A program made the position numbers and the translations under genes. A model generated the notes under the pieces. The model saw only the letters and a list, made by a program, of their open reading frames with translations, was not told the DNA's origin and made no database searches. From a virus (Duplodnaviria > Heunggongvirae > Uroviricota > Caudoviricetes): DNA of 64,000 nt. This document shows, piece by piece, positions 46,617-55,613 of the stretch. Each line of letters begins with the position of its first letter. Position 1 is the first letter of the stretch. The stretch covers positions 155-64,154 of IMG/VR virus record IMGVR_UViG_3300012007_000011, one strand, 5' to 3'.

Positions 46617-46804
46617 CTAATTGGCAAGTTATATATGAGTGGCAGTCACACTCAAGTGTAATTGGGAAACGGTATCTGAGAATTATTCCTAACCTTGGGC
46701 TGAAGGAAAGGTGACAAAAGGGGTACAATGAGGCACGGTTAAGTACACGCACGGCAATATATAATCCAAGCCATTTTTTTTTTAACCAATGAAATGTGTA
46801 AAAT

Positions 46805-47359
46805 ATGAAAGGTAGCAGTAACACGAAAAAATTTAAGAAATTTCAGATAAGATGGGCAGAGAGGTTGGGTTATGAAAATAACCCATATCTTATTAGATGG
46901 ACTTTCATCTTTTTTGGATATTCAATGAGAATACACCATTGGATTAAATCTGATGACAATAGATTTTTTCATGACCATTCTGCTGACCTTCTCAGCATTG
47001 TACTAAAGGGAAGATATTGGAATGTAAAACCAATTGTCAATGACAAGAATCCAAATGATATGGTAAATGTAATCCAATATGAAAAGGATTTGGGTGAGGT
47101 TTTGGGAAGGAACGAAAAATGGTGTTATGTTGAAGGAATTTTCAATTCTTGGCGCAATTTCTTTCATATGAAAAATTCAATTTGGTTTTCAAAGGCAGAA
47201 GATAGACATTATCTCAGCATTCCAAAAGGTGGTGCTTGGACTTTAATGTTTGAAGGAAAACCAAGGCATAAATGGGGATTTTATGTGAACGGTCACAAAT
47301 GGAGACCATTGCGTTATTTTCATAAATATGGTATAAGACAAGATGCAGAATATCAATAA
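46805..47359 (+). CDS. hypothetical protein (184 aa), upstream partner of the radical-SAM gene
   Basis: ORF overlapping the radical-SAM gene by 17 nt. Confidence 0.45.
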   Translation: MKGSSNTKKFKKFQIRWAERLGYENNPYLIRWTFIFFGYSMRIHHWIKSDDNRFFHDHSADLLSIVLKGRYWNVKPIVNDKNPNDMVNVIQYEKDLGEVLGRNEKWCYVEGIFNSWRNFFHMKNSIWFSKAEDRHYLSIPKGGAWTLMFEGKPRHKWGFYVNGHKWRPLRYFHKYGIRQDAEYQ

Positions 47360-48497
47360 GTTACTATTTGTACAGTTTGCCAATAGTATGTTTTTAAGAC
47401 ATGGCGAATGTGATAGATATTGGGATGTATTTTATCGGAAATGGGAGAACATCGGCTATTATATGGGAAAATATGTATTTGAGATACCTAAGTGGGTGGC
47501 TGAAATTGCATATTTTCTTCCACAGGACAATAAGGAAATGTTCTATTGTAAATATAATACAGAGGAAGCAATTTCGAAGATAAAGAATGGTAACTATGAT
47601 TATGTGCTGATGTCATTGATGAATGCCAACCAGTATATGATTTATGAGGTTATCAAGAATTGTCCTAAACAGAAATTCCTTGTTGGCGGTTATAATGAGA
47701 AGTTTATGAGGGAGATGGAAAAAGAACTTCCAAACGTTCAAATTTGTGATACAACACAAGAGACCGCTATGCAATTGGGTGTACCTTATAAGTTTGGAAC
47801 TGATTATAGTCTTTTTAGGGGAGACCATGTTATTCCAAGACTGACACTATCTTACGGCTGTCTTAACAATTGTAAATTCTGCATAGTTCCACATGGAAAG
47901 GTAACACCAATACCGGATGGGGTTATAATTCAACAAATGAAATCTTTTACAGACTTGGATTATAGACTTGTATATATAGATGATAAAACATTTGGACAAT
48001 CCCCAAATTACAGAATATTAAAAGAACTTTCAAAATATTCGGATAGAAAGGATTTCAATGGTTTTATTGTACAAACCACGACAGGATTAGTTGCGAAGAA
48101 AGCAAAAGAGTTTAGGGAAATAAATGTAAAGGTCGCAGAAATAGGGCTTGAAACATATAATGACAGTATATTGAGAAAATACAGGAAACCAAGTAGTGAA
48201 AAGTTTATTCGTGAATCTGTGGATGCAGCAAATGAAAATGACTTGATGTTAATTGCAAACATTATCGTTGGTTTGCCGGGTGAAACGGAAGAAACTTACA
48301 CAAGAACATATGATTTTATCATGCCTTTGCTTGAAAATGGTAAATTAATAGGTATTAATCCTGCAATATATACTGATTATGATAATGATGAGAATCTTGG
48401 AGAAATTGACTTTTTAAAAGACGAACAATATGAACTTAATAAAATATGGTGGAATAAGTTTAATCAAACTGCTGCTAATATTTTAAACAAAAATTAA
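47343..48497 (+). CDS. radical-SAM protein with an N-terminal Rossmann-like (B12-binding-like) domain
   Basis: GCLNNCKFC is a CX3CX2C motif at ~aa 175; the N-terminal alternating hydrophobic/Gly pattern (KFLVGGYNE) resembles the cobalamin-binding domain of class-B radical-SAM enzymes. Confidence 0.55.
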   Translation: MQNINKLLFVQFANSMFLRHGECDRYWDVFYRKWENIGYYMGKYVFEIPKWVAEIAYFLPQDNKEMFYCKYNTEEAISKIKNGNYDYVLMSLMNANQYMIYEVIKNCPKQKFLVGGYNEKFMREMEKELPNVQICDTTQETAMQLGVPYKFGTDYSLFRGDHVIPRLTLSYGCLNNCKFCIVPHGKVTPIPDGVIIQQMKSFTDLDYRLVYIDDKTFGQSPNYRILKELSKYSDRKDFNGFIVQTTTGLVAKKAKEFREINVKVAEIGLETYNDSILRKYRKPSSEKFIRESVDAANENDLMLIANIIVGLPGETEETYTRTYDFIMPLLENGKLIGINPAIYTDYDNDENLGEIDFLKDEQYELNKIWWNKFNQTAANILNKN

Positions 48498-48506
48498 CAA
48501 AAAATA

Positions 48507-48538
48507 TTTGGTTGTTCCAAAAATATGTATTATCTTTG
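48507..48538 (+). promoter_or_regulatory. Bacteroidetes sigma-A type promoter (TTTG-N20-TATCTTTG)
   Basis: Motif and spacing match. Confidence 0.6.
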
Positions 48539-48587
48539 CAAACAGTAAGAAAAAGAAATGTTTAACGTTAAAAAAAAATGAGAAATT

Positions 48588-49136
48588 ATGAGTAAGATTA
48601 AGATTAACGACAAGGTAATTGTCAAGGCAACTGGAAAGACTGGCGTAGTAAAGGGTCGTGAGGTACATGACGAGGGAAATGGCCGTGTAAAGATTGAGTA
48701 TGTTGTGAAAACTGGCGAGGGTTTTAGCAATTGGGGTACATATAGTAAGAATGAACTTACTAAGGTTGTTAGAAAGAAGGATGAAAAGGTAAATCCAACT
48801 ATTGTACTTGATGCACCAAACGGCTATAAGGTAACTCTTGTTGCTATCGTGCGTAATGAGGATATATGGAAGGATGCCTTTGATAAGGACGGTTATTATT
48901 CTCCATATAGACGTAAGGGAAAGGATTTGACGATTGGAATGGCTATCTATAACCCAAATGACACATATGACTACAATTTTGGTGTACGTATCGCAACACA
49001 TCGTGCCAAGACTTCACCTTTCTGTCACCTTATCAGTGATTTCAATGGTGAGTTTAACAAGGAAACGGTTGAAGCACTTTTGAACGTCAAGGGTAATTAT
49101 ATTGTAAAGAATATTGAGCATTTTGTCACGCTCTAA
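48588..49136 (+). CDS. hypothetical protein (182 aa; KOW-like N-terminal KVIVKATGKTGVVKG)
   Basis: ORF after the promoter. Confidence 0.5.
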   Translation: MSKIKINDKVIVKATGKTGVVKGREVHDEGNGRVKIEYVVKTGEGFSNWGTYSKNELTKVVRKKDEKVNPTIVLDAPNGYKVTLVAIVRNEDIWKDAFDKDGYYSPYRRKGKDLTIGMAIYNPNDTYDYNFGVRIATHRAKTSPFCHLISDFNGEFNKETVEALLNVKGNYIVKNIEHFVTL

Positions 49137-49159
49137 GTTGACATACCTCCTTTCAGCCA

Positions 49160-49190
49160 ATATGGGACAATATATTGTCCCATATTTTTT
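49160..49190 (+). terminator. rho-independent terminator
   Basis: ATATGGGACAATA/TATTGTCCCATAT palindrome followed by T6. Confidence 0.7.
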
Positions 49191-49251
49191 GTTATATTAA
49201 CATTTTGCATTATATTTGTAAAAGATAATATAAAGTTATATAATTTTACAA

Positions 49252-49824
49252 ATGACGAAAATTACATATCGTACCATATTGGTAATTGGGGACAATCATG
49301 CGGATATTGCAAGAAAGTATAGTGCTGATTTAGAAGGAAATGAAAATGCATATTATAAATATGAACGTTGTCAACAACATCGTTTAGATGTTACTGGTGA
49401 AGAAGGAGATTTTTCAGACCCATTTCCCTTAAAAAATGGCGGAAAAGCCTACTCTGCACGTTTTAATGATATTGATTGGGAGAAAATACACAGAAATCCA
49501 AGACAGATGGAATTAAGCAAACGGGCTTGGGAAATCATAGTTGAGGGTTCTGAACCTGTCAATGAACAAGAAAGATATCTAAAAGCCAGAATGGAGCATA
49601 GAATTTCTTATTTTATAGATAATTTTGCAACAAAAGAAGTATATATGCAATATTATTCAAGTCTATGGTATTATGGGGTCGCAACTGAAGAAAAATACGA
49701 AGAAGTGGATACATGGAACTTTTCAATATTGGAATGGTGCATTAATTTCTTTGATAAATTCCTTAAAGGACTTGAAGAAACAAATCCATTGATTACTATA
49801 TATGAAACACATAGTTTAGATTAA
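49252..49824 (+). CDS. hypothetical protein (190 aa)
   Basis: ORF after a TATATTTGTAAAAG promoter at ~49215. Confidence 0.5.
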   Translation: MTKITYRTILVIGDNHADIARKYSADLEGNENAYYKYERCQQHRLDVTGEEGDFSDPFPLKNGGKAYSARFNDIDWEKIHRNPRQMELSKRAWEIIVEGSEPVNEQERYLKARMEHRISYFIDNFATKEVYMQYYSSLWYYGVATEEKYEEVDTWNFSILEWCINFFDKFLKGLEETNPLITIYETHSLD

Positions 49825-49855
49825 AATATAATAACACATTAAATATAAAATAGTT

Positions 49856-50107
49856 ATGGTAAATTCATTAAATGAAACTATTGAACTTATGACAAGTTCA
49901 GATTACAAAGACAGATTCAAGGCAGAATATTATCAACTTGAATATCGTTACAACAAATTGAAGAAAATGCTTGAAGATTGGGATGCTGATAAATTATCAT
50001 TCACACCAACCTGTAATAGAGACATTTACACATCACAAATTGTTTCAATGGGTGTTTACCTCAATGTACTACGTCAAAGGGCTGAAATCGAGAATGTTGA
50101 ATTGTAA
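49856..50107 (+). CDS. hypothetical protein (83 aa)
   Basis: ORF. Confidence 0.4.
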   Translation: MVNSLNETIELMTSSDYKDRFKAEYYQLEYRYNKLKKMLEDWDADKLSFTPTCNRDIYTSQIVSMGVYLNVLRQRAEIENVEL

Positions 50108-50109
50108 GG

Positions 50110-50418
50110 CTATTCTTCTTCGGGAGTAGCATCTTCTTCATCTTGTTTTTCCATAAAGTGGGTATTATACCTTTTTTCGTATTTCTCAGACCAAGCCTTT
50201 GTTATACCAGCTGTTGCAAACAAACTAGCAACAGAACCAATATAGGCGGCCATTGAAGATAAATCGGTTGCGATTGTGTGAGTGAAAAATGCTTCAATTG
50301 ACAAAGCAAAAACTGGCACTAAAAGTAACAAACAGCCAATAATTGTTATAACAACCAAAAAGAAATTTTTTGAACTTACACCTGTATTGTTAGAGACTAA
50401 TTTGCTGAAATAATTCAT
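50110..50418 (-). CDS. small 2-TM membrane protein with a charged C-terminus (holin-like topology); lone - strand ORF
   Basis: Two hydrophobic segments then an EKQDEEDATPEEE tail; convergent with the upstream gene; no canonical promoter on the - strand. Confidence 0.3.
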   Translation of the reverse strand: MNYFSKLVSNNTGVSSKNFFLVVITIIGCLLLLVPVFALSIEAFFTHTIATDLSSMAAYIGSVASLFATAGITKAWSEKYEKRYNTHFMEKQDEEDATPEEE

Positions 50419-50453
50419 TTTTTAAAGGGTTTAACATTTTTTATATAAATAGT

Positions 50454-50485
50454 TTTGGTTAATTGATTTTTTTGCTTTATCTTTG
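50454..50485 (+). promoter_or_regulatory. Bacteroidetes sigma-A type promoter (TTTG-N20-TATCTTTG)
   Basis: Motif and spacing match. Confidence 0.55.
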
Positions 50486-50510
50486 CAATGTAAATGTAAA
50501 AATAATAGTT

Positions 50511-51362
50511 ATGGGAATAAAACTTGAGAATGAGAAGAATCATAAGTATTTTGTAGATACAGTATATAATATTTTGAGCAGTTTAAAGTTCAAATATTCC
50601 TATGATGAGATAGAACAAATGTCAATTAAAGAAGGCTACTTACTATATTTTAAAAATAAGAAAATTACAGGAAGATGGCATCTTGGCATATGGGCTGTCG
50701 GAGAATGGGATATTAAATCGGAATATGATGGACATGTTTACAAAAGTGGGTATGGTATTGAAACATATAAACCGTTAACAATATGTGTTTTTCTGATTCA
50801 TGATTGGACGTTTGATAAATTCAGACCGTCATATGCTGATTGGGAGATACTGATAAAATATGGCGAAAGTTGTGATAATGTAAACAAACAATTGAAAGAC
50901 ATATTTGGTAATAAACTGAAAAGTTATTATAACATCGTTGATGAAGATTCATACAATTTTCAACATGTTTCAAAAAACAAATATGTTGCTTATTTAAAAG
51001 GATGGTATTATAATGTATTTGCAGCAACACTAAAAGCAAAGAAAAGACGTATAAATGGTTATATTGCCTCAAAAATTATATTGTTTTTAGCCGCATTAGA
51101 CAAACGTGTTGCTTATAAAAAGCATAAATTTCACAAAGATGAATGGAATGCAGAATTTGAGGTTGCAATAGTTTTCAAATATGGTGATACGGCTTGGGAC
51201 GATTGGAAGGCATGGAATGATTATAATAAATTATATAAATTTTTGCGTAAGCATCTAACATGGAACATTGGTATTGATTTTACATATTTTGACGAAGAAG
51301 GAAATATGCCAGACAATATATGGAGAGGCGTATATTGGACTGAAGAACCGGAAAAAGAATAA
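50511..51362 (+). CDS. hypothetical protein (~283 aa, Trp-rich)
   Basis: First ATG after the promoter (the track start at 50463 lies in the promoter). Confidence 0.5.
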   Translation: MGIKLENEKNHKYFVDTVYNILSSLKFKYSYDEIEQMSIKEGYLLYFKNKKITGRWHLGIWAVGEWDIKSEYDGHVYKSGYGIETYKPLTICVFLIHDWTFDKFRPSYADWEILIKYGESCDNVNKQLKDIFGNKLKSYYNIVDEDSYNFQHVSKNKYVAYLKGWYYNVFAATLKAKKRRINGYIASKIILFLAALDKRVAYKKHKFHKDEWNAEFEVAIVFKYGDTAWDDWKAWNDYNKLYKFLRKHLTWNIGIDFTYFDEEGNMPDNIWRGVYWTEEPEKE

Positions 51363-51374
51363 AAAATTAAAAAT

Positions 51375-51665
51375 ATGATTATGACTGACAATTTAAAGAA
51401 AACATTAGTTATTCTCCTTGATACATACAAGGAAGATAAAATAGATAAGGAAGATATACTTACTATTTTAGAAACAATACTCGATAATAATTGTTCATGT
51501 GGAACGAATGTTATTACTTATCCTGTGACATATCCTTATTCTAATCCAAAAAGAAATTGGTGGGATGATTTACCGCAATGGACAACAACATGCACAACAA
51601 CAGGGGACATCAAAGATTTTAAACAAAGCAGTACAGATAATGTCAACATTAAAAGTAATGTATAA
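51375..51665 (+). CDS. hypothetical protein (96 aa)
   Basis: ORF. Confidence 0.4.
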   Translation: MIMTDNLKKTLVILLDTYKEDKIDKEDILTILETILDNNCSCGTNVITYPVTYPYSNPKRNWWDDLPQWTTTCTTTGDIKDFKQSSTDNVNIKSNV

Positions 51666-51982
51666 TGGAAGATAAAATTTATCCTTTACAGAAATCTCAG
51701 GACAGAGATTTAAAGAAAAAATTCGATAATCTTCACGTTGAGATTGTTAACAAAGTTATTGATTTCTGTAAGGAAAACAATATACAGATTGATGAGTTCA
51801 ACATATATGCCGATGGTGTCAGAGAGAGTATTCCTTTTGGTAAATGGACTTCTGTCACCGATAGCAGTTTTAGAATGGATGAATCATTAAGCAATGAGAA
51901 CGGCAAAGATGTGTATAAAATGTCTGATAAAGAATATAAATTAGCAAAAATTAATCACAAACCATTTTTATTAAGTGTGTAA
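51665..51982 (+). CDS. hypothetical protein (105 aa)
   Basis: ORF. Confidence 0.4.
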   Translation: MEDKIYPLQKSQDRDLKKKFDNLHVEIVNKVIDFCKENNIQIDEFNIYADGVRESIPFGKWTSVTDSSFRMDESLSNENGKDVYKMSDKEYKLAKINHKPFLLSV

Positions 51983-52595
51983 AATTATGTGGAATACATT
52001 TAAAACAAGCATTATGGCCGGTATTTGTATCGGTCTTGGTGGACTTATCTTTATGAAAGTCGGTGGTGTCATTGGTGCTGTGATGTTTGCATTTGGTTTA
52101 TTGTGTGTGTTACAGTTTTCAATGCCACTTTATACCGGAACAGCAGGTTTTATAAACCTCAAGAAATACAAAGATTGGTTCTATATGATTTTTGTGCTTT
52201 TCGGTAACATTATCGGCTGTTTCTTGCTCTCGCTCATATTGCCGAATGAAGTCAATGCAGATAGTATAATTCAATCAAGGATTGATACCGGATTTCTGCA
52301 AGCAACATTGAATGGTATCGGTTGTGGAATCATAATGACACTAATTGTACAAGGTGGAAGAGATAAATTAGAATGGTTCAAAGGAAGCGTAATGGGCGGT
52401 AGGGAAAAAAACCTATTACTTACATTGTTTGGAATACCGTTGTTTATCCTGTGTGGTTTCTATCACAGTATTGCTGATGCATTCTATATGTTCAATGCTA
52501 ATTACAACTTATTGTTAGAATATCTTCCAACATATAGTTTTATTGTTCTTGGTAACTTTATTGGATGTAATATACCACGTTTTTTACTGAAATAA
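51975..52595 (+). CDS. formate/nitrite-transporter (FNT)-family-like membrane channel, compact (206 aa)
   Basis: IMAGICIGLGG matches the FNT N-terminal AGAYIGLG motif; LYTGTAG matches LFTGN; ILCGFYHSIADAFYM matches the FNT signature CGFEHSIANMF; multiple TM segments. Confidence 0.45.
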   Translation: MCKIMWNTFKTSIMAGICIGLGGLIFMKVGGVIGAVMFAFGLLCVLQFSMPLYTGTAGFINLKKYKDWFYMIFVLFGNIIGCFLLSLILPNEVNADSIIQSRIDTGFLQATLNGIGCGIIMTLIVQGGRDKLEWFKGSVMGGREKNLLLTLFGIPLFILCGFYHSIADAFYMFNANYNLLLEYLPTYSFIVLGNFIGCNIPRFLLK

Positions 52596-52688
52596 GTCCT
52601 TTTTTGAAAAATGTGCTTATCCCAACGTATATTTGCTTACGTTGGGATATTTATATTTTACACAATAACAAAACTAAACAATGAACAT

Positions 52689-53276
52689 ATGATTTTAGGG
52701 TCACATAATTCGTGGTCTTATTTAAAACCACAAAAATGGTGGATGAGGTTATTATCATTTACTGCTAAATGCCAGTGCAAAACAATAGAGGAACAATATG
52801 AAAAATATGGGGTAAGGTGTTTTGACTTACGTTTAAGATACATTAATGGCGAAGCATATGTTGTTCATAATGATTTTGTATATGCCAAATTTTGGGGCGA
52901 AATAAGTCAGACATTACAATGGCTTAATGATAAAAGAGACGTTGCAATACGTGTAATACATGATGTAAGAACAAAGAACAAATATAAACCATTAAGTGTC
53001 AAGTTATTTAAGGATGATTGCAAACGTCTGGAAGAAGAATATCCAAACATCTTATTTTGGAATGGTAAGAATCTTTATAATCTTGAATATGATTATAATT
53101 TTCAATATTTTCCCAAATGTATTGAAAAATATTCTTCTGCATGCCCACCAAGAATACTTGACGATTGGCTACCATTTTTATATGCAACAATTAAAAACAA
53201 ATGGATTTATAGAAAACATAAATTGGACAATACATATGCATCAATACTTTTAATTGATTTTGTTAACATAAAATAA
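52689..53276 (+). CDS. PI-PLC X-domain-like phosphodiesterase
   Basis: ILGSHNSWSY...YGVRCFDLRLRY matches the PI-PLC X-box (GTHNSY...GVRYLDLRV). Start at the first ATG after the hydrophobic leader ORF. Confidence 0.4.
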   Translation: MILGSHNSWSYLKPQKWWMRLLSFTAKCQCKTIEEQYEKYGVRCFDLRLRYINGEAYVVHNDFVYAKFWGEISQTLQWLNDKRDVAIRVIHDVRTKNKYKPLSVKLFKDDCKRLEEEYPNILFWNGKNLYNLEYDYNFQYFPKCIEKYSSACPPRILDDWLPFLYATIKNKWIYRKHKLDNTYASILLIDFVNIK

Positions 53277-53277
53277 T

Positions 53278-53321
53278 GGGATAACGTTTTTTGTTATCCC
53301 ATTATTATAGTTTTTTTTTTT
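53278..53321. terminator. bidirectional terminator
   Basis: GGGATAAC-GTTTTTT-GTTATCCC hairpin then T11 (53311..53321), between the + and - strand gene blocks. Confidence 0.65.
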
Positions 53322-53328
53322 AATTTTC

Positions 53329-54519
53329 TTACATTTTGCAGAAAGGAATTACATAAGCCTTATTAATATTACCACTATATGTAGTAACTTCTCCGTTATT
53401 TACTATTCCATAAAAAAGTATTTTGTTTTCACTTACCGTTTGATTCGGCATTTCGTGTGTTGGTGGCACTACAGGTTCTGTCTCAGGAAGAACAGATTGT
53501 TGTTTACATGTTGAAGAAGCAATGGGTACATTTACTTCGGATAATGTTTTACCAATTTGCTCTAAAGCATAATTTATTTTACTTTTACGTGAGAAATAAT
53601 AACCAATTTCACCCATTGATGGTATATACCAAGGCATTGTCTGTAAGTTTTCTTCTACACTTTTAGTTCTATCAAATGAACTTGGTTTTAATACAGAACC
53701 ATAACGCACACAAGCAATTGCAGCTGGATATGTCAGATATTCTTCTCCTATAGTAATACTGTCATCATTATGTATGGTTTCTGCATACAGTATTTCCTGT
53801 ATGGCATTTTCATTAATATTTTTAACTATATTCTTTGTATTATCTTCTCCGTCCATATCAGTAAATGGTGTTTCAGTAAATTCTGAAAAATCGCCAATGG
53901 AGTGGTATGCTTCATTTTTTGAACCATCATTATTATAAGGAGAAGGTAATATGTTATTAGGAAAACTTGTTCCGTTATCATAGTTTGTTTCAGCATCGAA
54001 AGGATTTAAAACACCTTCAATAGCATCACTAGGCATAGTTCCACAGTCACGTGTTCCAAATGTATATTCAGATGTTTGTCCATTAATTGCATCAAATGTT
54101 ACAAAGGAATCATATCGTTTTAAGATTTCTGGACTTATTTCTGCACCAAATATGATTTCTTCACCATTTCCACCTTCATTGGGGGTTTCAACACTTGCAT
54201 AGTTCAAACCCATAACCCGTACCGTACCATCACCAGTATGGCTATAAGGTACTACAACAATAGTATCAGCCTTCCAATAATCATCTTCTTTATTATATGC
54301 CTGTGCTTTCATGTATTTGACGGTTTTTGTACCATCTTCTTCTTCATGATAAACAACAATATCGCCAGCTTCTGCTAATTCTTTTGGAACAAATGCTGAA
54401 TTAATATATGTTTCACCTGTTTCGACAATTTTAGAAATATTAGGGACTAACAAGTGATTTCTTTTTGCTGTTTTATAATCTTCTTCTTTTTGAAATTTGA
54501 ATAAATGTTGTACTGACAT
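53329..54519 (-). CDS. hypothetical protein (396 aa; Asn/Gly/Thr/Ser-rich, possibly structural)
   Basis: Last gene of the - strand block. Confidence 0.5.
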   Translation of the reverse strand: MSVQHLFKFQKEEDYKTAKRNHLLVPNISKIVETGETYINSAFVPKELAEAGDIVVYHEEEDGTKTVKYMKAQAYNKEDDYWKADTIVVVPYSHTGDGTVRVMGLNYASVETPNEGGNGEEIIFGAEISPEILKRYDSFVTFDAINGQTSEYTFGTRDCGTMPSDAIEGVLNPFDAETNYDNGTSFPNNILPSPYNNDGSKNEAYHSIGDFSEFTETPFTDMDGEDNTKNIVKNINENAIQEILYAETIHNDDSITIGEEYLTYPAAIACVRYGSVLKPSSFDRTKSVEENLQTMPWYIPSMGEIGYYFSRKSKINYALEQIGKTLSEVNVPIASSTCKQQSVLPETEPVVPPTHEMPNQTVSENKILFYGIVNNGEVTTYSGNINKAYVIPFCKM

Positions 54520-54827
54520 TTTATATTGTGTTTTTAACTATTTTATTTTAAGTTCTGTAAAATCTGAGCGTGTATCCATCTTTTTGTTACCGTTTTCGTC
54601 AATATGATAACCTAACCAAACTTCTTTGTAGGTTTCTTTCAGATTTTTAATTCTTGCAATTACTTTGCCTTCCTTTGCAATAAGATGCTTTGGATTGTTT
54701 GGGTCTATAATCATATGTAATAAAAATACTATAAAATTATCTTAATAATAAATATCTTTAATATCAGATAAAAACACAAAGAAATATAAAAAATCCCCAA
54801 ACCTATTAAGTATGGGGATTTAATGTT

Positions 54828-55610
54828 TCACCTTCTCTTTTTGTTTACATTATATTTTCTTAAACCATTCAATGTATTCTCTATTTCTTCGTCATCCATA
54901 AAATCAAAATAGGTTATCTTTTTTTTCAATGATTTCTTGAATACAAGGAAATATGAATGGAACGACCTTGCGTGTTGTTGTTCTTTAACTTTTCCGCTAA
55001 TCAGTCTATTCTTTGCCAACAGTATAAACTCATCCAAACTGTCAAACCCAAGGCTTTCAGCAATCATTCTGCTATAATATGGAGTATTCAGCATTTTACT
55101 ACCAGTGATTGTTGCTTGAGTCTTGAAACACATTATTCCGTCTTCCTTCAGTACTCTGTATGCCTCCTCAATCCAATGCTTATATGATTCTAAAAGTTGC
55201 GCCACAGGATAGTATGCTGCAAATCTTCTTGATATGAGATTGTTTTTTACCTTATTACCGTTTTCATCATAATCAGGTGTTTTCATACTTGGACCGCAAC
55301 TAATAACAAACGGAAGGTCAATGCAAATACTACTAATTGAATTGTCTTCCAATGGAAGAGGTCCAAGCGGTTCAATCTTTTCAACACCATCAACTTGCGG
55401 ACAAACATCAAACTTATAGTTTGGTTGAGGTATCTCTATTTCAAGTGTTTCCCCATTGTCCTTTGTAATGTTGAACTTTCCATAAAAGTTTCCAATCGAA
55501 TAAGTAGGGTCACAATCAAACGGTTTCCCATCATTATGCAGTTGCATAATATTATATAAGATTTCGTGCTGATTGTAACCAATACTCTTTACTACTCCAT
55601 CATATGCCAT
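54828..55610 (-). CDS. hypothetical protein (260 aa)
   Basis: ORF in the - strand operon. FDCDPTYS loosely resembles an MTase motif IV but no motif I was found. Confidence 0.45.
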   Translation of the reverse strand: MAYDGVVKSIGYNQHEILYNIMQLHNDGKPFDCDPTYSIGNFYGKFNITKDNGETLEIEIPQPNYKFDVCPQVDGVEKIEPLGPLPLEDNSISSICIDLPFVISCGPSMKTPDYDENGNKVKNNLISRRFAAYYPVAQLLESYKHWIEEAYRVLKEDGIMCFKTQATITGSKMLNTPYYSRMIAESLGFDSLDEFILLAKNRLISGKVKEQQHARSFHSYFLVFKKSLKKKITYFDFMDDEEIENTLNGLRKYNVNKKRR

Positions 55611-55613
55611 ACT

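Noticed and set aside
46498-46824. 108-aa - strand ORF covering the tRNA-like RNA region.
   Set aside because: Antisense to a promoter-driven structured RNA; no start context; GC-rich island better explained as ncRNA.
54828-55610. Possible fourth methyltransferase based on DPTY in FDCDPTYS.
   Set aside because: No motif I (F.G.G) or other MTase motifs were found, so the gene is left as hypothetical.
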